A DNA stretch of 64,000 bases from Vicugna vicugna (GCA_013265495.1 MU062453.1:930001-994000), one strand, 5' to 3'. Positions 12,571 to 24,845 are shown, numbered from the stretch's first letter. The notes: generated by a model from the sequence alone, not told the origin. Program-made: numbers and translations.

Positions 12571-14099
12571 GTGTCATAAGAAAGAAGGAGAAACACAGTT
12601 ATTTTCTCAGCAGGAGGAGACATGTCTGTATGACTGGGAGATAGATCCCAGCCATCTGGGGTCCCCCATTGATGAATGCCACCTACAACTGGATAGCAAA
12701 TTTTGAATGTCCACTGCAGGAGAGCAGTGAACTTGTCTGGCTGATTCGACGCTGTATCCCCAGTGTCTGGAACAGTCCCTGGCCTTCAAAAGAAAAAAGG
12801 GAAATAATTATGTGAATGAGTAGCAGCTTTGCTTTTGGTACATGATGTAAATAGTGTCAGTGATTCTAAATGATTGACAGCCTAACTCAATGAATCAGTG
12901 AATGAATTTAGCATCACTTGTGTCCCTACCTCTTATTTGTCTGCCTTCTTCACAGCCTTTGGAGAGGACTGAGAGTATCTTGTTCATCTGGGGAGATTGT
13001 TCCCTATGTATCTCAGCCTTGCCTCACTTCTGTTAAGTGACGCCTTCCCCACGGTAAGGGAAAGGGATGGGGGATGGAGATGTGGACAAAAGAAGGGGCT
13101 TGTGATTGTGCCGGTCAGCACGTGGCATCCTTCTCCCTGGATGTTGAAGTCATCCACGGTGACAGCAGCCCCTGAATTTCACTGAACCCCGTTTATTCCT
13201 ACTCTGACTTTCACACTGAACACCAAGGATGTGCTGTGCATGTATCAAAATGGGGGTCACAGTCTTCTAAGACCGTGCTGCTCAAAGAGAGTCTGTGGAC
13301 TTGCACTGCCAGCAGTGAGACAGACACTTTCTTATGTCCAGCGGGAGAGAGCATCTCTCCTCCGGCAGTTAATCCTGGGCCTCTGCCCCGCATTGACTCA
13401 CGTGACCACCACACGTGAGTCAATCACTGTAGACTGAGGAATGGGAGATGCTAATTGCCAGGCTCAGGGCCTGTTAGTCAGCCAGCCCCACGCAAGCCAC
13501 ATGGACAGAGGGAGGGTTGGGGAGGGCAGTTCCCCCAAAGAAGGAAAACATACTATTGCTACAAGACCCCCCAGGCCAAAATGCCAGGAACCAGCTGCTC
13601 CTTCCAGGCTCTTTCTTAAGCGATGACTTTCTCCTCCATCCAGTGACCCTGGACATGTTTGCTTTCCCTTCTTGCTTTCTTAGCTCAAAGCAGGGCCACC
13701 GAAGTCATTTTGCAAAATACCCACGAATCAAATCATCTCACTGTATGCCTTAAACATACATAGTATGTCAATTATATCTCAGTAAAGCTGGAAAAAAAAA
13801 ATAAACCCGAGGAGGATGGGGAGCCGGAACACCAAGGGCATGATAGCCAGGCAGGACGTAATAGCGTAATAAGCGTAACTAACATGAGCACCTGTGTCAT
13901 TTGGACAGGAGCTTTTGGACCACTTCTCCTGTCTGGGATGGCCTAGGGGATGGCAGCGTCCAACACCCATGTCCTTATCTAATTGTGTCCTACACACAGT
14001 GCTAATGCTGGGAGGAAGAGTAAATTAGTGGTCTCAAACTCCTTTCCTGGAGGGGCCAGGCAGGAAATGTGAATGAATGCTCAACCCGGGGGTGGAGGG

Positions 14100-14880
14100 G
14101 GACAATGGCAGGGACAGAGTGTTTGGAATGTATGACAGGCACTCAGTAAGTACCAGTGGAGTAAGGACGTTTATTCACAGAGCACATTCAGTCATCATAC
14201 AACACACATTTATTGAACAGCTGTCAAGAGCCAGGCCCTGCAGGAGATTTTGGGAAGGTAATGATGGACAAAATAAAACCCCTGCCATTAGAGAGCTTAT
14301 AGTCTGGCTGGGAAGACAGATGTAAGTTAAATAACGTACAAACACCCCTTAAAAATTGTTGTAGTGGCCGGTGTGTGCCAGAGGGGGCACGGGCCTGGGA
14401 ATGAGCCCCACTCAGGGAGGCCTGGGAAACTCCTGCTAGAGCTGAGACCTCTGAAGGGCGAGCAGGAGGAATGGTGTTCCAAACAGAGGGAACAGTAGGT
14501 GCAAAGGCCTCGTGACACGGAGCGTGGAGTGAGAGGAAGGCCAGTGGGCTGGAATGAGACAGCAAGTGAAGGGCAGCCGGGTCAAGGTGTGCTGTTCAGA
14601 GTCTTCTCGTTCTGAGAACAGTCGGAGGTTATAAGTAAGGAGGAGGTGAAGGGGGCAGGTTCAGATTTATGTGGTCCGAAGTCTCTCAGGCTGGCGCACA
14701 GAAACAAACTGGAGGGAGGCCAGAGTGGCCCCAGGGAGACAGGCCGGGGTAGTTGTCCAGGGCAGGGAGGGTGGTGGCTTGGCCCTGGGTGATGGCCTTG
14801 GAGGTGAATAGCAGTTAGTGGGTTCCGAGGATGTTCAGGAGGTGAACTTGACCACAACTAGTGATGGATTGGATGTGAGA
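14100..14880 (-). mobile_element. L2 LINE 3' fragment (antisense)
   Basis: acacatttattgaacag...cctgccattagagagcttatagtctggctggg...cagagggaacagtaggtgcaaaggcc. Similar L2 pieces occur near 2700-3420, 5490-5830, 7970-8330, 21470-22090, 34330-34860, 39130-39720, 40450-40850, 48170-48540 and 62590-62900. Confidence 0.75.
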
Positions 14881-17249
14881 GTTGAAAGGGAGGGAGGAGG
14901 ATCCTGGACTTTTGGTGGGAGCAGCTGCCCCCCCACCCCCACCCACTCCGCCATGACAGGGGATACTGGGGCAGAGCCAGTTCGAGATTAGCAGATGTAT
15001 TTTGAAAAATCAAATGGGGGTGATGGAGGCGGCCAGAAACATCCAGGTTTGGGCCCCAGCTGTTGTCTATCCAGAAGCTGGTGATTGCTGTCGGCAGGTT
15101 TGGATTTCTAAGCCCTTGAAAGATGCTGGGAGTTGGCCCTCTCTAAAGTCCCCTTTGGCCGACTGGCCATCTGTCCTCTCCATCCAGCAGGCAGGGCAAC
15201 TATTCTCAGCCAAGGTAGCAGCGTGCTCGGGGCGGGGGGTGGGTGGGGTGTGGAAAGGTGAGCCGCCCACCCTCCTGGGACCCTCCATCTGCTTTGGATG
15301 GTTTCCAGCCTTTGAAGTCGCCCCCAACCCCCACCCTCCAGCTGTCATCTCTTGGGCTCCTCCAGCAGCCCCATGCCTCCCCAGCGCGTCTCGGTCCCTG
15401 GGGACAGGGGTGGTGACAAGGGTAACAAATGGTGTAAGCCGCTGGCAGCAGCAGGCCTAGGAGAAGGCTGAGGGTGGGGGCTTTCGGTGCCTCTTTCTTC
15501 CCACTCCCCCTGGCCCGGTTCTGAAGCAGCAGGGGTATCGGGGTTTTGTAAGAATTCAACCCAGCAAAGAGAAATTTTTTTTGTAAGTGAATCCCACGCC
15601 TTTGCTTCCTTTCCTTACCTTCATGGAAAAGAGGCTGAGTCTTTCTCCTCCCCTCAGACTCGGTTAAGACTGTCTGATTTCTCTCTTCCCTCCCCTGCAA
15701 AGAGAATAAGCCAGTCTCCTATTTCAGGTAATTGTAAGGAGGGGAGGAGGGGGAGAAGGCAAAGGAAGTCTCCCCTCAAATTGCAAGAGGACAGAACTCT
15801 GCCCATCAGGCCGCAGTAGGAACTGGTGGTTTCCGGACGATGCTCCTGGCGGGTCCCAGTGTCAGCCTGGAGTGAAACGAACCGTGTGCTTTAAGCTTTT
15901 GTCTGTGTGAATGCAAACAGTGTCGATGATTGCCCTTCACTGAACACACGCTCACTCATATTGTCTCTGCCTTGATCTGCAGGATAACCTCAGGGAAGGT
16001 ACTGTTATTTTCTCCATCCTTTTGGATGCGGCTCAGATAAGTTGAATAATTTGCCCAAGGTCACAAAGCTCGTAAGACACATCGTAAGATTTGGACCCAT
16101 GGAGCAGATGACCGAGCTGGTGGTGCTCTGACTAGGTGGCTGTGGGTGCTGGAGCCAGGTGGACCCCGGACTCAAATTCTGACCTAGTTTTACTTACAAA
16201 CTATGGTTAAGAGCGCTGACCCTGGAGCCAGACCACCTGGTTGTGAATCCTGGCTCCATCACTATCAGGTCACTCTCTGAACCTCAGTCTCCTTATCGCT
16301 ACCCACTTCTAGGATTAGATGAGCCAGTATATACAGAGCTCTTGGTCCCACAGTAAATGCTTTTTAAGCATTGCCTATTTTTATTTCTATTATCTGTAAA
16401 ATGGAGCACTATCATCGGGGCCAGGTTAAGACCTTCAGAGCCCTCCAAACACCAAAGAGGCAAGCCTCCCTCCTCTGCTGCCCCAGGTAATTCAGTAATA
16501 AAACAACATGACCCAAAAAACACAAAACACGAAATTCACCCTGTGCTAAAATTTAAAAAGCTTTTTTTTTTTTTTAAAGCTCCTCATTGCAGAACAGGAA
16601 AAGCTCACCAAACAGGAATGATTCACATTTTCCTGGGTGCCTATGCTTTGCTCAAACCTAAATCTGTGTTTAGTCAGCCTGTTGGGAAAGAGAAGCAGAC
16701 AATTATACCTCCCTCGGTGGTTGAGAGAATTAAAGGAGATAAAGTAAAAGAAATCAAGAAATTGCCCGGCATGTAATAGGGGAGTGGGAGCTATGGTTAG
16801 CATGTTTGGAATGACTTTTCGCACTCTCCGTTGCCTTGAACTATTCATACTGCTCTACTTTGTGGTTAACAGTTTGCTTCTGCAAGAAAGCAGGGCTCTT
16901 AAGCTGTAGCTGGCCACGACAGGAGACAACAACGATCACGTTCTTAAGTCAAGGGTGCTGTTTACTGTGTGAGGACAAACAGTTCCATTGCTTTGTCTTT
17001 GTTAGTGGTATTTCTTTATTTGTCTCTAAAGGATGGAGTTTTTGAATTGCTCTAGGTGTGTTTGAATTTTAGATCTTGCATTGCCTGACAAAGACCTAGA
17101 CCCAGCCCACTGCCTTTATTCCTTTTTAGAGTCAATACCATGCGAATTAATTTTGGGAAGAACAAACCTTTTAATTTGTCCTATCTCGGTGGATTGGTCC
17201 TTTGGTCTTCATCCTATGTTCATCTCAGTCTCTAGCGATGATTCTTATT

Positions 17250-17700
17250 CTCAAGTCTATTTGAAATTATGTCAGCTTTCTTTTTATTTGGTGTTTGCAT
17301 CCGACAGATAGATAGTTTCAGTATTTTGCTTTGAATCTTTATCTGTCTTTGTATTTTAGAGGAGTCTCTTGTCATAAGCATGTAGTTAGTTTTTAAGTCC
17401 AGCCTTGTAATCTTTGTCTTTTAATGGGAGTATTTGGTCTGTTTACATTTGATGTACTTACTGTAAAATAGTATAAATGTACACTAAGTGTCTATATTTA
17501 ATGTAATTACTGTTAAATTTACATCTGTCATTTTTTTCTATTTGTTCCATCTCTTTGTTTCTTTCTATTTTCTTGCCTTCTTTGGATTAATCAAGTATTT
17601 TTATTATTCCATTTTCTCCTCTGTTAGCTTGTTGGCATACATTTATTATTATTTTTATTCTCTAAGCAGTTACCCTAAAGATTATAGAATGCATCCTTGG
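17250..17700 (-). mobile_element. Old L1M fragment
   Basis: T-rich antisense L1 texture: gtctcttgtcataagcatgtag...aatctttgtcttttaatggg...ctgtttacatttgatgta. Confidence 0.6.
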
Positions 17701-17914
17701 TGGGACTCTAGGTTAGCACAGGAACTTGGTCAAGTTCAGTTCACATATACCCAATGACACAGAAATCCTCCTCAGAAAGGGTATATTTAAAGGACTTCCT
17801 ATGTGCAAGTCGTGTGATTTCTTTCTTTGTTAAAAATTATAAAGTATTTCAGGCGTGCAGAGATGTAGGGTGACCCTGTGACAGTGGCATACCCACCACC
17901 CTGCTTCCAGACTG

Positions 17915-18237
17915 AAACGGGGCGGCAAACTTTTTCTGCCAGATATGAGATGTTTTCAGCTTTGCAGGTCTCTGTGGCAACTACTCTACTCAGAAGTTGC
18001 AGCATGAAAGTAGCCATGGATGATATAGTCAACCAACGAGCAGGGCTGATTTCCAAGAAAACTTTACTTATGGACATTGAAATTTGAATTTCACATAGTT
18101 TCCACAGGTTGTTAAATGTTATTCTTCCTAGGATTTTTTTCAACCGTCTAAAAATGTGAAAACCATTCTTAGTTCATGGGTTACACAAAAACAGATGATA
18201 GGCTGGATTTGGATGGACCGGTTTATGTCCACCCCTG
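17915..18237 (-). mobile_element. MER58B-like (hAT-Charlie)
   Basis: ggcaaactttttctg...tttcagctttgcaggtctctgtggcaactactc...aaaactttacttatggacattgaaatttgaatttcac...ggctggatttgg...cccctg. Confidence 0.75.
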
Positions 18238-18249
18238 AACTACAATGCT

Positions 18250-18650
18250 GCAAACACAGTTGAAGCCCCCTGGGTACCTCTTCCCAAATCACGTCCCCCA
18301 AGACCCTCAGTTAACCATTCTTCTTGCATGGATGTTTATCATTCCTATACATACTGTTATCTTCTTCTTGCTTATGTCTTTATCCCTCAACAGTTTATAA
18401 TACTGACTTATGTATTTTGAACTTCGTAGAAATGGTATCATACCTTGGGTACCCTTCTGCTCATTGCTCAGTACTTTGTTTGACAATCCATTCTTGATGC
18501 TAAGTCGAGTTCCAGTGCAACCTTTTCCACTGCTGTATTGTATTCCATTGTGTGGCTGTTCTGCCTGTATCATTCATTCCAATGGTAGTGAACGGGCTTT
18601 TAGGTTGCTGCCTGCTAAGTCCTTTCTTTCTGTGTGTCATCTCTTTTCAT
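18250..18650 (-). mobile_element. L1ME 3' end fragment
   Basis: ttttgaacttcgtagaaatggtatcatac...ttccactgctgtattgtattccattgtgtg. Confidence 0.65.
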
Positions 18651-19683
18651 CTTTGCCATGACCTTGTGAGGGAGATGGTTTGGTGATCCCCATTGTCCAG
18701 ATGAGAAAACTTTTGCCTTAGAACAGTTTAACAACTTGCTCAATGTGGTGAGTAGTGAAACTGGAATTTGAATCCACAACCTTTTCACAATGGAAACTGA
18801 ATTTATAACCATGTCACCAACAATCGGTATGCTGGTTTTATTAACCCAATGATAACGGATCCTCCAAGGGTGACCTTGGATACTGACATGCAGTAGCCTT
18901 TCTCTGAGGACAGCTTGAATCCATGTCACACGTTACTGGTTGTCGTTTAGTCCTTTGAAAACTGCCGTATTGCTGTTGTGCGCGTTAACCAGAAACCTCA
19001 CCCCCTGGCTACAGTGGATAGGAATTTAGGAGGAATAAATACTGACATAGAGTTGGAAAAGTTTTCAGTAAAAAATGAGAATGACCCAGGAGACTTGTCC
19101 TTATTCTTTCCTGCTCCCCCTCCCACCCGCCATAGCATTTATCAAAATCATGAGTAATTCAGGAGCTAGTGTGTTCTTTCTCAGTAGGGACCACAGTGCT
19201 GGGCTGTGGAGTTCTGCTGCTAAGGGGCTTGTTAAATACTAATGACACCGTTTGAGCCCTTCTCCGTCTGTACGAGTAACGCCGCTTAACTCCATGTCCA
19301 TTCTTCTGTCTTCACTGCGGTCAGCTCCACCATTTCTCCATGCCTCTGGCTTCTAGGAACCCAAATCCAAACACTCCCTCTCTACCTATTTCTCCCTTTC
19401 TCTCCTGGGGTGTCTCCCTGGCGCGCTCCAGCGCATTCAGATGACATTTTGAGACCCAAATAGAATTTTTCTAATGGCAGGATACAGTGGGAAGGAAGGG
19501 AAAGTTTTAATCAAGTGGGCGTATTCTCTGGAGGAGAGCAAGTACTTCATTTCAATTCCTCATTTCTCTCTGATGGAAAGTTCAGTGAATTTTTATGATG
19601 TAGAATTTATAAGATGGCTGGGTTTAGGTAATCGGCTTTAATATTTATACTCTTAGGGAAAGAAATAGGAATCATTAGTAAGC

Positions 19684-19698
19684 ATGCATAATTAATGA
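19684..19698. promoter_or_regulatory. POU4F/Brn3-type motif ATGCATAATTAATGA overlapping the exon 2 branch-point region
   Basis: Near-exact match to the recalled POU4F consensus ATGCATAATTAATGAG. Function untested. Confidence 0.4.
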
Positions 19699-19739
19699 AT
19701 AAATTATATTTCCCTTTGTTTTCTTTCAGGTACAAGGAA

Positions 19740-19848
19740 ATGCTAGAACTAGTGATCTCACCCAGCCTTACTGTAAACAGCGATCGTCCGGGTAAACTGA
19801 AGCTTAACTGTGCTGAAGCCGATGTCTGGACTCTGAGTGACATAGAAG
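19740..19848 (+). CDS. EYA2: EYA2 first coding exon (exon 2; exon starts 19730 with 10 nt of 5'UTR), encodes [37 protein letters not shown]
   Basis: Acceptor tttccctttgttttctttcag|GTACAAGGAA, ATG at 19740, donor AAG|gtaggc at 19849. The 109 coding nt translate to a peptide matching the recalled mammalian EYA2 N-terminus (human [15 protein letters not shown]...). Confidence 0.96.
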
Positions 19849-21543
19849 GTAGGCCTCCTGGTGTGAGTTTCGGTGGGTCCGGTGGTGGTCCCCGCTCACC
19901 CTGTGGAATATGGTCAGGGACTGACAGCCGTAGACGCGCATCCTCTCGAAAGTACTGTCATTACGACAATTTCTCCTCCCGCTGATTAGCTTGTTGCCTG
20001 TGGACCAAAACTTTGGCATACGTTGCCAGCAGTTTGTCTAGTCATTAGAGGTAAAAGTGTGCTCGCTGGTGTTCTGAACTTCCTGTCTTGGTCTCCAGTT
20101 CCAAGAAAGGCTGACCCCTCCAAGGGCGCTAGTCAGTTTTGGGTGTGTTCCAGGCCCAGCCCTGGGTGTGTCCTGCAGGCTCTTGGGATGAAGCCCTGAG
20201 TTCTCTCCTGCCATCGCCGCATCCAAGCAGGCGTCTTATTTATGGGGGGTTGATGCTGGGGCAAGAACTCGTCTGCCTTTTGCTTTCAGGTCAGGTTGGA
20301 GTCAAGGAAGCAGTAGAGAGTTGAGCTGCTTAAAAAATTATTGGCAAATGATGCAGTCGGACTAGTTTTCACTAGAACAATTCCAGCCATTGTTTGCACT
20401 GTTTGGGATCTGTCAGCCTTCCTGGTAGAGCTTGGAGTTACTTAGCAAAAGGCATTAAGCTATTATGTTTAACCATTGGGCTTAACCCTTTGTTTGAGCA
20501 GCTTTGGGATTTGCTGCTGGTGTTCTGAGACCCCTGGCTGTCTCTCCTTTACTGTCTGCGTTTGTTGCCAGCTCATGGGGCACAATGTGATGTAATTGTC
20601 CTAGAAAACCAAAGAGACGTGTGTCTAGTTGACTATAACATCAGAAGGAATTTGCTTTTAAGCAACTCCAGGCATCTGGAAGTAATTATTGCTGTCACCA
20701 AGACCATGACATTTCCCTTGCATGCTTGTCATGAAGGTGGAACAGCCCTGCTAAAAGTACCACCAAGAGGGTGTGGGCTCCCGAGCCAAAGCTACATGGG
20801 AGGCAACACACCCTCATTCCTCTGGCTCTTTGGAGCATCCATCTAAGTCACCCTGGACTCTTTGAGAGTTTGAGATAACTTACTGAGCCCCATTCAGAGA
20901 CAGTCATCCTTTTCCTTCAGAGTAAAGGCACCAGACAACTTAGGACTCTTCATTTCAGAGCCAGTAGAGACAGGAAAAGGCGTAGACTTCCAAGGGAATA
21001 AGATCCCAATCTGACTCCCAGCCCCACTGGTTCCCAGCCAAATGATCTTGGGCAAATTATTTAACCTTCCCAAGCCTCAACTTTCTCACCTGTCAAATGG
21101 GGGCAGATTCACGACCACCTCATAGGGTGCTTCAGGCAAGGATTAAATGAAGTGATGTTATGTAAAAGGCCTGGCACACCTTGAGGGCACGGTCAATAAA
21201 CTTATTATTCCATTGACTCAAATAACCACAGTGAATTCAAAACCACGCTTGCAGACTGGCAGCTCACAGCCAAGTCTGGCCCTTAGAGATGTCTTTGCTT
21301 TACACTATGTTTTAAATAAAAGCGTACTGGGAACAATCGAGAGCATTCACATAAAAATCTAGATTTCTAGTTGAAATGCTGAATGCTTTAGAAATGCTGG
21401 GCCCACATTCCCCTGGCTGCTGCTAGTGGAAAAGGAGGAGCTGCTGCCATGAAGATGACCCTCCCTTTGATCCTTCATTTTTTGTGAGTACCTACTTTGT
21501 CTCAGGCATCGGTTAGAGCAGTAGAAATCTATATTAATTCTCT

Positions 21544-21578
21544 TCCTCCTCCTCCTCCTCCTCCTCCTCCTCCTCCTC
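21544..21578. repeat. (TCC)11 trinucleotide repeat
   Basis: Read directly from the sequence; gives the R11 run in ORF 21359..21661. Confidence 0.97.
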
Positions 21579-22439
21579 AAAGCAGGCTGCTGAAGCCTGG
21601 CCTCAGGTGCTGGCAGGGCCAGAGTCTGATGATGGCAATAGATCAGCAAATTACATAGCATGTTGGATGGTGATGTATACTCTGGGAGGAAAAAGCAGGG
21701 TAGGGTAAGAAATGCAGGGATGTGGGACTGCAGTTTTTGTTACGGTGCTAGAAAGATGTTGCTGGGAAGGTAACAATTGAATGAAGACCTGAAGGAGGTG
21801 TGGGAGGGCACTTCATGGTGACAGGAGAGAAGAGCCTTCAGAGCAGAGGAAATAGCAAATGCAAAGGTCCTGAGGCAGCAATGGTTCCAGAGCAAGTGAG
21901 GAACAATGAGGAGGCCGGTGTGGCTGGAACCCAGTAAACGAGGGGCCAGTGGCAGGGAGATGAAATCAGAGAAGTAAGCAGGATCAGACCATGCCGGACT
22001 TTGTGAGCCATTTGAAGGACTTGGCTTCTACCCTGAGCGAGACGGGAGCCGTTGGAGGGTTTGAAGCTCATGAGGGACGAGCTGATCTGCAAGCCTCAGC
22101 CTCTTTGTCTAGATAATGAAAGATTTAAGTTTGCTGCAAGTGTTTGTTCAGTAAATAGTTCCTGAATACTTGTCAGGACCCAGGCCCTGGTGTAGGTGCT
22201 GGAAATATAATGATGAGCAAGGCAGACACGTCCCCACTCCCAGAGCTTCTGTTCTAGTGGAAGAGGCAGGTACTGAATTTTTAATCAAATAAAGGATTTC
22301 AGATAGTGGTCATTCCTGTGAAGAAATAAAGCAGGAATGTGACAGAGATTGGCCCGCAAAGAAAGGCTTGGGTGCGATTGTGTTAAAGGCTTGAGTGCTT
22401 GAGGCTTACAAAACCCTCTGTAGAAGTTAACTGTGTGTC

Positions 22440-22985
22440 TCTCCCTCTTTAACGTGCAGAGAATTACTTGGGGATCTTGTTAATGTGCAGATTCTGATCC
22501 AACCTAAGAGTCTGCATCCTTAACAAACGCTAGTGATGCTCATACTTCTGGTCCACCAGCCACTCTAGTAGCACGCTACCAGCTCCGTGGTTCTCACATT
22601 CTCTTGTGCATCAAAGCCACCGTGGAAGATTTGTTGGCAGACTGATTGTAGGATCTCACCCCCCCCTCGCCCCCCGCATTTCTGATTCTGTAATTGTGCT
22701 GGGGCCCAGGAATTTGCATTTCTAACAAGTCCCAGGAGATGCTGCTACTGCTGATCCAGGGACCACACTTTGAGAACCAGGCTCCATCACTGGTTTCAAA
22801 CCTGGCTGCACATTGGAATCTCCCAGGAAGTTTCTTTAAAAATGTTTAATGCTTATGTCCAGATCTTACTCCCAAAGAGTCTGATTTAATTAGTCAGAAG
22901 TGTGACCCAGGCAATAGGATTTTTTTTAAAGCTCTCCAAATGCATCCAATATTGTGCACCCAAGGTTGAGAACCATTGCTCTAGA
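22440..22985. mobile_element. Three adjacent MER5-family elements
   Basis: Three successive units with gatcttgttaatgtgcagattctga, gaatttgcatttctaacaagtcccaggagatgctg and ctggctgcacattggaatc...ggttgagaaccattg motifs. Confidence 0.72.
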
Positions 22986-24704
22986 TGGCAAATTCCTCCA
23001 GGACAAAGACAATTTTTTTATTCCTATATATGTATTTAAATTTCTGTTGCTAATTAGCACACAGCTCGGTGCCTTGCTCATGGTAAATCCTTAAAAATTA
23101 TTTATGGGTGGTTGGGTGGGAGGTGGGTGGGCGGTGGTCTTGAGGAACCACAGGTAACTTCAGATGGATGTTGGCTTTGAATCCTTAGTAAAGTTTCTTC
23201 AGCTTCCCTTTGCCTCATTTTCCATATCTATAAAGTTCAGATAATAACTTCCTCATTGAGTTGTTGTGGAAAATAAAAGAGATAAGGCTCCTGTGGTCCT
23301 CAGCGCAGGGCCTTGCTCAGAGGAACCACTCGAGAACTATTAGCTGTCCTTCGTTACTATTTAAGAGAAAATTGGGAATTTTGTCCCATCTTCTGGAAGG
23401 AGTGTGGGAAAGTTATAGAACTGAAAAAGCAAAGCTGAACAGAGAAAACTTTTTTCTTTGAAAATGCAGACACATTTTGCAAAAGCTGAAGCTATAATCT
23501 CATTAAGTGTTTCCTGGAAGAGGTAAAGTCACCGCCCCGGGGCAGAAGCTGGCCTGTCATCTTCACTCAGAATTCCTGCACCTCCTCCTCCCTGGGCGTG
23601 AGCCGGTCTCACTTCCAGTTTCAGTCTCACCGGTTCCAGCCAGGGGCTGACAGATTTTCATTCATTTCGTCCAAGCCAGGTTGAGCTGCCCAGAGCTTTG
23701 CTCGGGTCTGGCCCGGGGAGCCACAGACTGGCTTCACCTTTCCCACCTTTCAGCCTTCCTCTGCCAGCTTCCTGGGGGCCTCTGCATCCAGGACGACCTC
23801 TTCCTGTACGGTGCACACACTGGACTCCTAATATAGTGCTCTCTCCTGCTGTCACAGACCCTGGTCCAGGGCAGTTTAAAGCACCCACACAAGGAAGATG
23901 AGCTGATTCCATTCATAGACCCTGTACCTTTCGTAGCAAAGACTTGTCTCAAGACATCTCGCACTAGAAATTGTCTCATCTTATGGGGGATCGGTTAGAA
24001 TTGGCCCCTGGGGTCCAGTTAGGTGACATAATAGTGGTGGCTGCTTTCATAATCATTAGCTTCTTAGTCCTCCCAGTGAAAGGTGGAAAAAAAAAAGTGT
24101 GAACATTCAAATAGGGCTCATGATTTAAGTGGCTTAAGCAAGGGCCCCAGGAGAACAGAAAGCTAACAATAGCTTCTGTGGGTTGAGCCGTTCATTTGGC
24201 GGATACCTGTCTTGTGTAATCCTTGCAGGAGCCCTGTAGTTATGAGATTGTGCCCCATTTTATAGATGTGGAAACTGAGGTTTAGTGAGAGGAGGTGACC
24301 GGCTCAAGACCATACATACAGTTATACAGCAGACTTAGGGTATGAATTTGCGTCTGATCCTTTCAGCCCACGTCTTTCTTTGGAAGAGACATTAAGATGA
24401 CAAATTAAGAGATTTGGGTTGTAGATCTGGCCCACAGCGGGTGCAGGGTAAGCATTTGTTGAATGTGTGAATAAATGAACCAACTCTGTGTCCTCGATTA
24501 AGTTACTTCACACAATTGCACACACGCACAATCACACATAAGTGTTCACTCACACACACAGACCCCAGCTTCAGTTTCCTCATAGTGCATTTGGCCCCAA
24601 TATGCGTTTGAGTTTCTGACTTCTGGAATGGAGATTTATTTTTATGAACCCAGAATTGTGACTTTTTTTTTTCTTTTTAGTAATTTGCAGTTCTTTACTA
24701 AATC

Positions 24705-24845
24705 CTTGCTACTCGGAAGTTTGGTTTCCGGGTCTGCTGTGTCAGCATCACCTGGGAGCTTCCTTGACCTACAGACGTAGAGTCTGCATTTTAACAAGAT
24801 CCCCAGACGAGTCTTGTGCACATTAATGTTCCAGTGGCGCTGCTC
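24705..24845. mobile_element. MER5A1-like fragment
   Basis: ttgctactcggaagt...cagcatcacctgggagctt...gagtctgcattttaacaagatcccc. Confidence 0.7.

Noticed and set aside
19695-19985. 96-aa ORF as a single-exon gene or upstream start for EYA2
   Set aside because: Its first codons lie in the intron 1 acceptor region and its tail reads through the exon 2 donor. Only 19740-19848 is coding.
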